The position numbers and the translations under genes are program-made. From Escherichia coli (lineage in GTDB: Bacteria; Pseudomonadota; Gammaproteobacteria; Enterobacterales; Enterobacteriaceae): a DNA stretch of 64,000 nucleotides. The DNA lies in assembly GCF_003334815.1 (NCBI RefSeq), contig NZ_QOWO01000007.1; one strand, given 5' to 3'. Numbering within the stretch: position 1 is the stretch's first letter; each line of letters opens with the position of its first letter. Of this stretch, positions 20,661-31,483 are shown in pieces. The notes beneath the pieces are model-generated. The model was not told the origin of the DNA. It saw nothing but the letters and a program-made list of their open reading frames with translations, and searched no databases.

Positions 20661-22595
20661 TTACGCGACCGGGCGCGCAATAATGCTGCGGGTTTCCATG
20701 CGGACTTCGGCAATAGTGACGTCAATAACGTCAGTCACTTTGTAAACCGTTTCACCTTTAATTTGTACAGTGCCGTTTTCCTGGCTGCAAACCAGTTCAT
20801 CGCGCACAGCGTGTAAGAAAGGTGCCGGAATAAAGGCGATAGCGCCGTTATCAACCAAACGAACACGCATGCCGCCACGGCTGATATCGACAATTTCCGC
20901 TGCGAAACGGGTGTCGGTCCCGGCTTTGTCTTTCAGGAAGCGTGCGTATAACCAGTCACCAACATCACGTTCTGCCATCCGGTTGAGACGGCGACGCTCG
21001 GCCATTTGGACAGTGATTTCATCCTGTGGGCGCGTCGCAGTTTCGCCTTTGATAACCGCTTTCAGCAGACGGTGGTTGATCATGTCGCCATATTTACGGA
21101 TCGGCGAAGTCCAGGTGGCGTATGCTTCCAGACCGAGGCCAAAGTGAGGACCGGGTTCAGTGCTAATTTCAGCAAATGACTGGAAGCGACGAATGCGGCT
21201 GTCGAGGAAACCAGTTGGTTGCGCGTCCAGTTCACGACGCAGTTTGCAGAAACCGTCCAGCGTGAGCACTTCTTCGGCATCGACATGCAGACCGTGCGTT
21301 TTCAGCAACGCTGCCAGCGCGTCGGCATTCGCCGGATCAAAGCCCATATGCACGTTATAGATGCCAAAACCGAGCTTATCGCGCAGTACGCGGGCCGCAC
21401 AAATGTTAGCGGCAATCATCGCTTCTTCGACGATACGGTTGGCAATGCGACGAGGCTCGGCGACGATATCCAGCACTTCACCTTTTTCACCGAGAATAAA
21501 GCGGTAATCCGGGCGATCTTTAAACACCAGTGCGTGGTTATGACGCCACTCGCCGCGGCGTTGGCAAATTTGCGCTAGCAAACGGACTTGTTCGGCAATT
21601 GCTTCACTTTCAGGCTGCCAGTCACCGGTATTTTCCAGCCAGTCAGAAACCTGGTCATACACCAGCTTTGCTTTGGATTCGATGGTGGCGGCAAAGAATT
21701 CGATATTATCTTCAATGGTGCCATCAGCGGAGAGCGTCATGCGGCATGCCAGTACCGGGCGGACTTCATTGGCGCGCAGTGAGCAGAGATCGTCAGAAAG
21801 CTCGCGAGGCAGCATAGGGATGTTGAAGCCAGGCAGATAGTTGGTGAATGCGCGAATTTTCGCGGCTTTGTCCAGCTTGCTGCCTTCAGCAATCCACGCG
21901 GTTGGATCGGCAATCGCCACAATCAGCTGAAGTTTGTCATCCGGCAACGCCTTAGCGAAAAGGGCGTCATCCATATCTTCTGTGCTGGCACTGTCGATGG
22001 TGACAAAATCCAGCGCGGTCAGATCTTCACGAACCAGACCTTCATCGAGCATTTCGGTAGCGACGCCGTCTGGTGCTTCTTTTTCCAGATTATGGCGTGC
22101 AAGGGTAACCCACCACGGTACAAAGTGATCGTCACCAAAAGTGATGTATTGTGTCAGTTCTGCATAGAAAGAACGATCGCCTTTCAGCGGATGACGGCGC
22201 ATTTCGGCAACCGCCCAGTCGCCTTCTTTAAACTCGTGGTTCAGGCCACGGGCTGCGCGGCAAGGAATGGCGTCTTTTAAGAGTGGATGATCAGGAACGA
22301 TGGCCAGACGGTCATTTTTGCCCTGAACCTTACCCACGAAACGAGTCAGGAACGGTTCAACCAGTTCTTCTGGCTCTGCGGATTCACGTTCTTTTTCACT
22401 GTGGATCACCGCGATAATTCGGTCGCCATGCATGACTTTTTTCATCTGCGGCGGCGGAATGAAATAACTTTTTTGCGCGTCGACTTCCAGGAAGCCAAAG
22501 CCTTTTTCTGTGGCTTTTACCACCCCTTCAGCGCGTGGCGTCTGGGAATGCAGTTGCTGTTTAAGCTGCGCTAGCAGCGGGTTGTCCTGAAACAT
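20661..22595 (-). CDS. rnb: Exoribonuclease II
   Basis: 644-aa ORF with cold-shock-like N-terminal domains, an RNB catalytic domain and a C-terminal S1 domain. Confidence 0.96.
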
Positions 22596-22662
22596 AATTG
22601 TCTATTTTGGTGGCCATTAGAGCGGCTGACAGTTTTACGCGAATCTGTCTGACGCGGCAAGG

Positions 22663-23790
22663 TTAATATGTCTCACCCAACGCGATTTTTAAGCGATTTA
22701 TCCAGCCACACAGCCCGCTCCATACCAGCAGATTAATAATCTGCGTTGATGATTTTTCGTGTTCGAGTAAAGGGCTGAACTGGGCGGCGCTAAAGCGATC
22801 GGGTGCTCGGGTCAGCCATTGTATCGCCTGAACGGTAGCGCGCTCAACAGAATGACGGTCAGCCCATTGGTTAATTTCATTTTCGCCCTTGCGCATAAGG
22901 GTGCTGATTTTTTTATATTCATTTGATGAATCCATACAGGTGGCAAAACAAGCAGGACTGCCATTTATACGCGCGCATAACAACGCCGCAAGCTGATTAT
23001 CCGGCTGTGTATTGCCCCGTGTGCTGTTTAACAACTTTTCGAGAAGGGAAAGTGAAATAGGGTGGAGAGAGAGTATTTCGGCCAGTTGGCAAAGTTCTGC
23101 AGTTGAACTTTTTGTGTGCTCTTCAGGTAGTTTTTCCACCTCATAGCTGCTTCGCCAGCGTAATGATTCATCAGCAAACAGTGACGCGTCGGCGTAGTTT
23201 TGTATCTCCAGCCCGGGTAACCAGCGTACCGGATGCCCGAGATAAGCCTGAAATGTCGCAATTGTCCGCGCCTGAAAGCCAATAAAACCAATGATTTGGC
23301 TAATGATCACACAGTCCCAGGCAGTAAGACCGACGTCATTCAGATGCTGGCGCGATCGGTTGTCGATAATAGAAGGCGAGCTAGCCAGTTGGCGGGCATA
23401 TTGCGTGATTTGTGCCAACCGATGATTACTTTCCCTGGTGGAATCAGGCCCGGGGAGCGGCGTAAGTCGCGCCGAATAGTAGTTACATAACCGCTGGACG
23501 CCGCAAACCTGAGCAACCGTCAGGGCCGTCGACAAGCGTTCATAAGCGGTGAAGGTCTGTGAACGGGTCACGGTAAGCTGGTCAGGGAACAAATCCACTG
23601 CAAGAACACGCGCAGGGTCCAGCCATGAAAGGAAGGGGGCCAGCGTTTCTTTTTCAAGGATCACGTCGAGTAGAAAGGGATCGCTGACCTTTGCGGCTTC
23701 CGGGACCAGAGGCAGAACGTCATACTCCGTAGTACTGGATTGCGTTTCATGATACCAGTGGCTTTTGCCGGTGATGTGGCGTTGTTCCAT
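22663..23790 (-). CDS. yciW: YciW, AhpD/CMD-like protein of unclear function (linked to cysteine metabolism)
   Basis: 375 aa from ATG 23790, with a strong SD (aaggag, 5-nt spacer). The track start at 23868 is a TTG extension. Confidence 0.85.
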
Positions 23791-23895
23791 GGGCGCTCCT
23801 TGGTCGTAAAGGAAATCGTTATCCTGACGCAAGGCGGGAAGGGGAGAAAGACGGATCGGCGATAACAAATATCAGAAAGGTATAACAGAGATAAC

Positions 23896-23914
23896 GGGCG
23901 GCAGAACGCCGCCC
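23896..23914 (-). terminator. fabI terminator hairpin
   Basis: gggcggc-agaac-gccgccc, 20 nt downstream of the fabI stop. Confidence 0.6.
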
Positions 23915-23933
23915 ATCTTTACCAACAGAACGA

Positions 23934-24722
23934 TTATTTCAGTTCGAGTTCGTTCATTGCAGCAATGCTGAAACCGCCGTCAACGTGGACCACTTCACCG
24001 GAGATACCGGCAGAGAGATCGGAGCACAGGAATGCCGCAGAGTTACCCACATCTTCAATAGTAACGGTACGGCGAATCGGGGTAACGGCTTCGCAATGAG
24101 CCAGCATTTTGCGGAAGTCTTTGATACCGGAGGCCGCCAGAGTACGGATCGGACCAGCAGAGATGGCGTTAACACGCACACCTTCCGGACCCATCGCGTT
24201 CGCCATATAGCGCACGTTCGCTTCCAGAGACGCTTTTGCCAGACCCATAACGTTGTAGTTCGGGATAGCGCGCTCAGCGCCAAGGTAGGAAAGGGTCAGC
24301 AGGGCAGAACCCGGATTCAGCATGGAGCGGCAAGCTTTTGCCATTGCAACGAAGCTGTAGGAGCTGATGTCGTGGGCAATTTTGAAGCCTTCACGGGTAA
24401 CGGCGTTAACATAGTCACCATCCAGCTGATCGCCAGGTGCAAAACCAATAGAGTGTACGAAACCGTCAAATTTCGGCCAAACTTTCCCCAGTTCAGCGAA
24501 CATGGTGTCGATGCTGGCATCTTCTGCAACATCGCACTGCAGAACGATGTCAGAACCCAATTGAGCGGCAAATTCTTCTACGCGGCCTTTCAGTTTGTCG
24601 TTCTGGTAGGTGAATGCCAGTTCAGCTCCTTCGCGGTGCATCGCCTGAGCGATACCGTAGGCGATGGATAGTTTGCTGGCAACACCGGTTACCAGAATGC
24701 GCTTACCGGAAAGAAAACCCAT
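23934..24722 (-). CDS. fabI: Enoyl-ACP reductase (NADH) FabI
   Basis: 262-aa ORF starting [28 protein letters not shown]..., SDR-type, with catalytic Tyr/Lys region [13 protein letters not shown]. Confidence 0.97.
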
Positions 24723-24885
24723 AGCTTTAATCCTTATTGTTGATGCTTGTTGTGCCTGAAAATCAGGCGATTCGTCGTTTTAGTAAACAGTACGAACAGA
24801 TAAACGGTTATTATAATCAACCTGGCTGTGAGTAGCTATAGTTGCCAGGTCCGACCGGAGCAGGCTGCGGCAGGGGGGCGCTTTT

Positions 24886-24924
24886 CCCCTCACCCTAACC
24901 CTCTCCCCAGAGGGGCGAGGGGAC
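24886..24924 (+). repeat. Box C-like GC-rich palindromic repeat
   Basis: cccctcaccctaaccctctccccagaggggcgaggggacc, the intergenic repeat family I know as Box C in E. coli. The family name is from memory. Confidence 0.6.
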
Positions 24925-25001
24925 CGTATTGTGCAAATATTGTTACCCCAGCAACAAACAGGCTCATACAGCCCCTAACCCTTTCATGGCGATGGCTGGG
25001 A

Positions 25002-25040
25002 CGGTTCAGACCTTGCCGAATATTCTCCAGCACCGTCTCC
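25002..25040 (-). repeat. Remnant copy of the ycjD 3' coding region (35/39 identical to 25108-25146)
   Basis: Direct comparison by eye. The minus-strand reading gives ETVLENIRQGLNR versus ETVLENILQELNR in ycjD. Confidence 0.8.
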
Positions 25041-25075
25041 ATGTTTTCACCACAACAGCTATTCGGCTCGGTCTG

Positions 25076-25105
25076 CCCCCTCGCTCTTTCAGGGAGAGGG
25101 TGACC
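25076..25105 (-). repeat. Second Box C-like unit, inverted relative to 24886-24924; supplies the last codons and stop of ycjD
   Basis: The reverse complement ggtcaccctctccctgaaagagcgaggggg resembles aaccctctccccagaggggcgagggg. Confidence 0.55.
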
Positions 25106-25442
25106 GGCGGTTCAGTTCCTGCAGAATATTCTCCAGCACCGTCTCCTCATTACAATCAATCTCGTTATTCCAGAAACGCAGCACGGTCCAGCCCTGCGAC
25201 TCAAGCCAGCTAGTGCGCCTGGAATCATAGGCAACTGCTAAATCATGCTGCCCACCATCCAGCTCAACGACTACACGCGCCGAGCAGCAAGCAAAATCGA
25301 GAATGTAGCTCCCCACTGGATGTTGACGGCGAAATTTGAAATCACTAAAACGTCGGCTGCGAAGATATCGCCAGAGCTTTCGTTCCTGCAAAGTGAGATT
25401 GCGTCTTAAATCACGCGCATTTGATTTAATTTTATCTATCAC
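25089..25442 (-). CDS. ycjD: DUF559 (Vsr / restriction-endonuclease-like fold) protein YcjD
   Basis: 117-aa ORF with a GTG start. It carries DUF559-type motifs ...FRRQHPVGSYILDFAC...VVELDGGQHD...GWTVLRFWNNE. Confidence 0.85.
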   Translation of the reverse strand: MIDKIKSNARDLRRNLTLQERKLWRYLRSRRFSDFKFRRQHPVGSYILDFACCSARVVVELDGGQHDLAVAYDSRRTSWLESQGWTVLRFWNNEIDCNEETVLENILQELNRRSPSP

Positions 25443-25482
25443 CTCATTCTGACAAGATTTAATCTTTTGTCAGAATGAGGTG
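25440..25482 (-). terminator. Perfect 16-bp hairpin between sapF and ycjD (probable sap operon terminator); includes the ycjD GTG start
   Basis: cacctcattctgacaa-(11 nt)-ttgtcagaatgaggtg read directly. Confidence 0.55.
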
Positions 25483-25509
25483 AATAATCTGGAAGGAGGA
25501 TTCAGAAAA

Positions 25510-26316
25510 TTAGCGATCTTTACGCCACGCATCCGCCGTCAATGCCTCGCCAAAATGACCGGCAATCAGCCGTTTGGTGAGTTCATGCAGCGGCGATGCC
25601 AGCACATCCGCGGTGCTGCCTCGCTCGACAACCTCGCCCTGATGCATCACCAGCACCTGGTCGCTAATGTGCTTCATCATTCCGATATGCTGGGTAACAT
25701 AAATATACGAAATGCCCTGTTTTTCCTGTAATTCCAGCATCAGATTAATCAACTGCGAACGCATCGACATATCCAGTGAAGCGAGGGCTTCATCGGCAAT
25801 AATGACTTTTGGGCGCAATATCAGCGCGCGCGCCAGACCCAGACGCTGTTTTTGTCCGGGTGCCAACATATGCGGATAGTAACTGACGTGATCCGGTAGC
25901 AGCCCAACCATACGCATCGTTTCAATAATCTGTTTGCGACGCTGTTCCGGTTCCAGGTCGGTGTTCAGGCGCAGTGGAAAATCCAGAATTTGCGAGATAC
26001 GTTGACGGGGATTCAACGAGGTCGAAGGATCCTGAAAAATCATGCGAATACGCTGACTGCGGAAGGAATAATCGCCAAAATGCAGTGGATGATCGTCAAT
26101 CAATAACTCGCCGCTGGTAGGCTCTATCATTCCCGCCAGCATTTTTGCCAGCGTGGATTTACCCGAACCATTCTCGCCAATAATCGCCAGTGTCTGGCCT
26201 TCACGTAGCGTAAAGCTCAAGGGTTTTACCGCTTCTACGGTCTGACGACGAAACCAGCCGGTCCGGTAGCGGAACGTTTTACTTAAATTACGCACTTCAA
26301 GCAGCGTTTCGATCAT
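25510..26316 (-). CDS. sapF: ABC transporter ATP-binding protein SapF
   Basis: 268-aa ORF with Walker A GENGSGKST, a divergent signature-motif region APGQKQRLGLARAL and Walker B IIADEA. Confidence 0.93.
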   Translation of the reverse strand: MIETLLEVRNLSKTFRYRTGWFRRQTVEAVKPLSFTLREGQTLAIIGENGSGKSTLAKMLAGMIEPTSGELLIDDHPLHFGDYSFRSQRIRMIFQDPSTSLNPRQRISQILDFPLRLNTDLEPEQRRKQIIETMRMVGLLPDHVSYYPHMLAPGQKQRLGLARALILRPKVIIADEALASLDMSMRSQLINLMLELQEKQGISYIYVTQHIGMMKHISDQVLVMHQGEVVERGSTADVLASPLHELTKRLIAGHFGEALTADAWRKDR

Positions 26317-26317
26317 C

Positions 26318-27310
26318 TCACTCTTTCTCCATGTTCAGCGGGAAATGACAGGCATAGAGATGATTTTTCGCCCCCGTCAAACGTGGCGTCACAATGCATT
26401 CTCGTTGTGCATACGGGCAACGTGGCCCCAGACGACAACCAATCGGTAACTGTTCCAGCAGTGGGATAGCGCCGGGCAGCGTATTGAGGCGACTTTTATG
26501 CGGCATCGCGCTGCCGAAGTCTGGTATCGCGCGGATCAGCGCCTGGGTATAAGGATGATGTGGCATCGTCACCAACTCCTTACTCGGCGCGGTTTCCACT
26601 GTTTGACCGCAGTAAAGCACGTTAATTTTATCCGCCCATTGGCTAAGCATTTGTAAGTCATGGCTGATAAGCAAAATAGTGGTATTGCTGTTTTGGTTGA
26701 GACGCGTCAGCAGGCGAAAGATTTGCGCCTGGGTTGTTGGCTCCATTGAGTTGGTCGGTTCGTCAGCAATCAGCAGACGCGGTTGATTCGCCAGTGCAAT
26801 GGCTATCATCACTTTCTGACATTCACCTTCGGTCAACTCATAGGGAAAACTGCGCATCGCATCTTTGTGATCTTTAATCCCCACGCGGTGCAGCAGTTCA
26901 ATGGCACGGCGTTTGCGCCAGCCAAAACGCTGCCACCAACGGCCTTTATAGGTCCAGGCTGGGATGTTTTGCATCAACTGGCGGCCCACACGTTCTGAAG
27001 GGTCAAGACACGACTGCGGTTCCTGGAAAATCATCGACACGTTATGGCCAACCAGTTTGCGCCGTTCGCGTGCGGAGAGACGCAGCAAATCGATATCATC
27101 AAAACGCATACGGTCAGCAGTAACACGCCAGTTATCTTTATTCACCCCACAAATCGCTTTCGCAATCAAACTCTTGCCGGAACCGGATTCACCAACAAGA
27201 CCGCGGATTTCACCTTCGGTTAAGGTCATACTTACCCGGTCGACGGCTTTAACCCACTCATCACCGGTTTTAAATTCAATGGTCAGGTTACGAATATCGA
27301 GTAATGGCAT
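26318..27310 (-). CDS. sapD: ABC transporter ATP-binding protein SapD
   Basis: 330-aa ORF with Walker A GESGSGKS, Walker B LLIADEPT and an oligopeptide-type C-terminal extension. Confidence 0.93.
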
Positions 27311-28200
27311 TATTCCACCCCCGCAATAATCGCACGACGAACGCCATCGCCAAGGAGGTTAACCAACAACACGCTAATCATAATTGCCGCACCTGGCAGC
27401 ATGACAGTCCACGGGGCGACATAAATCAGTTCCAGCGCATCACCGAGCATCGCTCCCCATTCAGGCGAGGGGAGTTGTGCGCCGAGATCGAGAAAGCCCA
27501 GCGCGGCGATATCGAGAATTGCCATCGACAGTGCGCGGGTGATCTCGGTGACCAGCCCGGCGGTGATGTTTGGCATCACAGCAAACCAGAGAATATTCAG
27601 CGTTGATGCGCCATCCAGACGGGCGGCGATAACGTACTCTTTTTCCAGTTCGTCATGCACCATGCTGTAAATCGAACGTACCATACGCGGCAGCAATGCC
27701 AGCCAGACAGCAAACATAGCGTGGGACAAACTCGGTCCGGCAAACGCTACAACGATAATTGCCAACAGCAGCGAAGGGATCGCCAGTAAGGTATCCAGAA
27801 TATGGTTAAGCACCGCTGAGCGGAGGCCGTGTGTCGCCCCGGCGAAGGTGCCCAGTACCAGGCCACAGATCGTCGCGGCAAGCGTCACCACAAATGCGCC
27901 ACCCACGGTTGGCGCAGCTCCGCTCAGTAAACGGCTTAAAACATCGCGTCCGAGGTCGTCAGTCCCCAGGAAGAAAGAAACTTCGCCATAGCGCGACCAT
28001 GACGGCGGCAATAATTGATAACCGAGAAATTGCTGGTCGATGCCGTAAGGCGCAAACCAGCCGCCAAAAATACACAGTACAGCCAGCCCCGCGCAGCCGT
28101 ACAGGCCGACCATCGCAGAGGCGTCACTATAAAATTTGCGCCAGGCGGTACGCAGCGTGCCCGGCGGGCGCTTTTCGCTGTATACGCTATCGTAAGGCAT
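27310..28200 (-). CDS. sapC: ABC transporter permease SapC
   Basis: 296-aa polytopic ORF of the DppC/OppC type. It overlaps sapD by 1 nt and sapB by 14 nt. Confidence 0.92.
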
Positions 28201-29152
28201 ACCATTCCTTATGTTTCAGAGGGTTAGCCATGGCACCCAAAATATCAGAAATCACGTTAACAATAATGACCAGTGAGCCACACACCATCACTCCGGCGGA
28301 AATGGCTGCGTAATCCTGCTGGCGGATGGCGTTAATTAACCAGCGCCCTAAACCCGGCCAGCTAAAAACCATTTCGGTGATCATCGCCAGCGTCAGCATG
28401 GTGGAAAACTGTAAGCCCAGGCGAGGAATAACCGGCGGTAACGCGTTATGCAGAACGTGGCGACGCAAAATAGTAAAGCGCGACAAACCGCGGGTCGCCG
28501 CCGCTTTTACATAGTTCTGGTCATACACTTCGATAGTGCTGATACGCATCAGGCGGATCACTTCAGTTGTTGGCGCAACCGACAGGGTGATCACGGGCAA
28601 TATCATATGGCGGATTGCGCTCATGATCATTTCATCCCGCCATGGTGAGTCCGAAAGCCAGGCATCAATCAACGCAAAACCGGTAATCGGTTTCACTTCG
28701 TAGAGCAGATCGAAACGCCCTGAAACGGGCAACCAACCTAGCGTGAGTGAACAAAACAGCGTCAACAGAAGCGCCAGCCAGAACACCGGGATTGAAAAGC
28801 CCAGTAAGGCGATGGCGTTGATCAAGTTATCCTGCCACTTATGGCGCGTAATCCCGGCAATCATCCCCACGGGGATGCCAACAATCAGCGCAAAACCGAA
28901 GGCGAGGATGCACAGTTCCATCGTCGCCGGGAAGACCTCTTTTAACTGTTCGGCAATCGGTTGACCGTTAATGCTGGAAACACCAAAATCCCAGTGGATC
29001 AGGCCGTTAAACCAGAACACCCAGGCATTCCACAGTGACGCGCCTTGTAACGGCGCATGAGGGGTGAAATAGCTCAAGCTGAAGCCAACGAAGGTCAGCA
29101 GGAACAAGGTGACAATCAATAACAAAATGCGGCGTAAGGTGAAGATAATCAT
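28187..29152 (-). CDS. sapB: ABC transporter permease SapB
   Basis: 321-aa polytopic ORF of the DppB/OppB type. Confidence 0.92.
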
Positions 29153-30792
29153 GGTTTTTTCACCTCATCCTGTTTCTCGCGATACACCCCAGCAAAGGAG
29201 GCGTTACCAAACGGGCTAAGTACCAGACCTTTGATATCGTACCGATAGGCCTGCAAACGCAATGACGACGCCAGCGGCAAAATGGGCAATTCCTGCGCCA
29301 GAATACTCTGCGCTTCGTCATAGGCTTCAATACGCGCCGCCAGCTGCTGCGAAGAGAGCGCCTTACGCAATACGCTGTCGAATTTCGGATCGCACCAGTG
29401 GGCGAGGTTGGTCTGCGAATGAATTGCCGCGCAGCTCAGTAACGGACGGAAGAAACTGTCCGGGTCGTTACTGTCCGTCGCCCAACCGGATAACGTCAGA
29501 TCATGGCTCATATCCATCAACCGCGCCTCCTGAAAGCGACCTTCTACCGGCACAATCACCACTTTTACGCCAACCTGCGCCATATCCGCCTGAATCAGTT
29601 CGGCAGTTTTCAGTGGACTGGGGTTCCACGCCTGCGAACGTGTGGGCACCCACAGTTTCAGCGTTAAATTTTCCAGCCCCAACGACTTCAACTGTTCGCG
29701 CGATTTCGCCGGATTGTATTCAGTAATTTTAGCCTCGTTGTCATAGGCCCACGAGGCGCGCGGTAAAATAGAGGCCGCCGTTTCAGCCGTACCATAATAG
29801 ATGGATTGCATCAGGCGCTGGTTATTAATCGCCAGTGCCAGCGCATGGCGGACAGCGGGATTATTTAGCGGCGGTTTGGCGGTGTTAAATGCCAGATAGG
29901 CGACGTTCATCCCAGGACGCAGCGTTAAACGCAAGCGCGGGTCGTCACGCAAAATGGATAGCTGGCTGGCAGCAGGCCAGGCCAGAACGTCGCATTCCCC
30001 GGTCAGGAGTTTCGACAGACGTCCGGTGCCGCCGGAGCCTAAATCCACCACTACCTGCGGCATTAACGGTTTACCGCGCCAGAAGTCATCATGACGTTGT
30101 AGGCGAATAAATTGCCCGGCGCGGTATTCCGACAACTGATACGGACCGGTGCCGACCGGTTGACGGTCGAGTTGCTCCTGGCGATCTTCTTTCTCTAACT
30201 TCCGGGCATATTCTGCCGACATGACCGAAGCATAATGGGTTGCGAGGTGCCACAAAAAAGAAGCATCCGGCTGGGCGAGTCGGAACTCAACGGTATGATT
30301 ATCCAGTTTGCGGACGCTTTTCACGTTATCGGCAAATTGCAGGCTGTCGAAGTAGGGGAAGTTGCTGCCGTTGACGTTATGCCACGGGTTGTTGCGGTCA
30401 AAAATTCGCTGGAAGGTAAACACCACATCGTCGGCATTCATTTTACGAGTGGGAGTAAACCAGTCGGTTTTTTGAAACGGAACATCGCGACGCAGGTGGA
30501 AGCGATAGGTCGCGCCGTTGTCGAGTACTTCCCAGCTTTCGGCAAGTTCCGGCATCAGGCGATAGGTATAGGGATCGACATCCAGCAGTCGATCATAAAA
30601 CTGGGCGGCAAGGGTATCGACAATTAACCCACTGCTCGCTTTGGATGGGTTAAAGGTGTTGACTTGCCCGCTGACGCAATAGACAAAACCGCTGTCGCGG
30701 ATATCAGCATGCGGGGGAGATTCAGGCGCGGCGATTGCCTGACCACTCACAAGTCCAGCAATCACCAAAAGAGACGATAATACCTGGCGCAT
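29149..30792 (-). CDS. sapA: Periplasmic substrate-binding protein SapA (family 5, peptide/nickel type)
   Basis: 547-aa ORF with signal peptide [21 protein letters not shown]. It has a 4-nt overlap with sapB. Confidence 0.93.
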   Translation of the reverse strand: MRQVLSSLLVIAGLVSGQAIAAPESPPHADIRDSGFVYCVSGQVNTFNPSKASSGLIVDTLAAQFYDRLLDVDPYTYRLMPELAESWEVLDNGATYRFHLRRDVPFQKTDWFTPTRKMNADDVVFTFQRIFDRNNPWHNVNGSNFPYFDSLQFADNVKSVRKLDNHTVEFRLAQPDASFLWHLATHYASVMSAEYARKLEKEDRQEQLDRQPVGTGPYQLSEYRAGQFIRLQRHDDFWRGKPLMPQVVVDLGSGGTGRLSKLLTGECDVLAWPAASQLSILRDDPRLRLTLRPGMNVAYLAFNTAKPPLNNPAVRHALALAINNQRLMQSIYYGTAETAASILPRASWAYDNEAKITEYNPAKSREQLKSLGLENLTLKLWVPTRSQAWNPSPLKTAELIQADMAQVGVKVVIVPVEGRFQEARLMDMSHDLTLSGWATDSNDPDSFFRPLLSCAAIHSQTNLAHWCDPKFDSVLRKALSSQQLAARIEAYDEAQSILAQELPILPLASSLRLQAYRYDIKGLVLSPFGNASFAGVYREKQDEVKKP

Positions 30793-31040
30793 AATATTAA
30801 GGGATTTTATGTAAAGAGGCTATCTTACTAATATTTAATGACATTTGCCATTACCGTTTGTGTTCAGGGGTCGTAATGAGGGCCGTGTGGTTGGTCGTTG
30901 AACAGGTGACGTCGCCATCTGTTCAACATTCGTACCCGTGATTTCTCTATAACTATAACTCACAGAACAACTTAGCGAGGAGCAGAGCGGTACGATCGTG
31001 AGAAACCCATTAAAGCACGCTGCAGTGCGTGTCATTGTTA

Positions 31041-31072
31041 GCCAGATGCGGCGTGAACGCTTTATCCGGACA
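31041..31072. repeat. Degenerate REP element
   Basis: gccagatgcggcgtgaacgctttatccggaca matches the REP consensus GCCGGATGCGGCGTGAACGCCTTATCCGGC with a few changes. Confidence 0.6.
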
Positions 31073-31104
31073 ACGATACTGACCGATCGTCTGCAATTAA
31101 ATCA

Positions 31105-31350
31105 TTACTCATTACCCCATTGATTCAAAAACTCTGCGATCTCATCAATGCGTACGGGATTAATCCCCGCTTCAGCAGCCATTTCATGTTGGGCTTCTTC
31201 GCTGATCTCTTCATTGTTCATCAAACGGGTGAGCAGTAACTGGAAGTAGTGGGCCAGCGGTGTGCGTTCAGCCTCTGCGACAGGCTCTGCGCATTCGGTC
31301 GCGTACTCATCGGCAATATCAAAATATTTTAGCGGGATATCGTGGTTCAT
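31105..31350 (-). CDS. ymjA: Small acidic protein YmjA (function unknown)
   Basis: 81-aa [43 protein letters not shown]... Confidence 0.85.
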
Positions 31351-31483
31351 TATTTGCCCCTGGGGTTAATGCGCTAAGCATAAGGGCGGATGATAGCACT
31401 CGTGATCCGGGTCATACATCTTTTTATAGTTAATGGCGCGGCGCGTTACCCTCAGGCAGGATAATGCGCCGCGCATCCGACTA

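Noticed and set aside
23985-24671. 228-aa plus-strand ORF antisense to fabI. Similar long antisense ORFs lie at 48711-49463 (ycjQ), 39202-39732 (puuE), 20016-20468 (pdeR), 41745-42143 (pspA), 6453-6887 (topA) and 50751-51245 (ycjS).
   Set aside because: Each lies entirely inside a strongly supported gene on the other strand, lacks an SD and translates to low-complexity or Arg/Ser-rich sequence. These are typical shadow ORFs produced by codon bias.
24828-25213. Two plus-strand ORFs (91 and 94 aa) crossing the Box C-like repeats and the ycjD 3' end.
   Set aside because: They are made almost entirely of GC-rich repeat sequence, giving Pro/Gly/Arg-rich translations, and they overlap ycjD antisense. 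The region is better explained as repeats.
30835-31035. 66-aa minus-strand ORF in the sapA-ymjA spacer.
   Set aside because: It has no SD and a non-protein-like composition. It lies in the sapA promoter region next to a REP-like element and is not a gene I recognise.
31436-31474. GC stem gcgcggcgc / gcgccgcgc with a 21-nt loop just downstream of the puuP stop.
   Set aside because: It may be the puuP terminator, but it has a large loop and no U-tract on the minus strand. The evidence is too weak to list as a feature.
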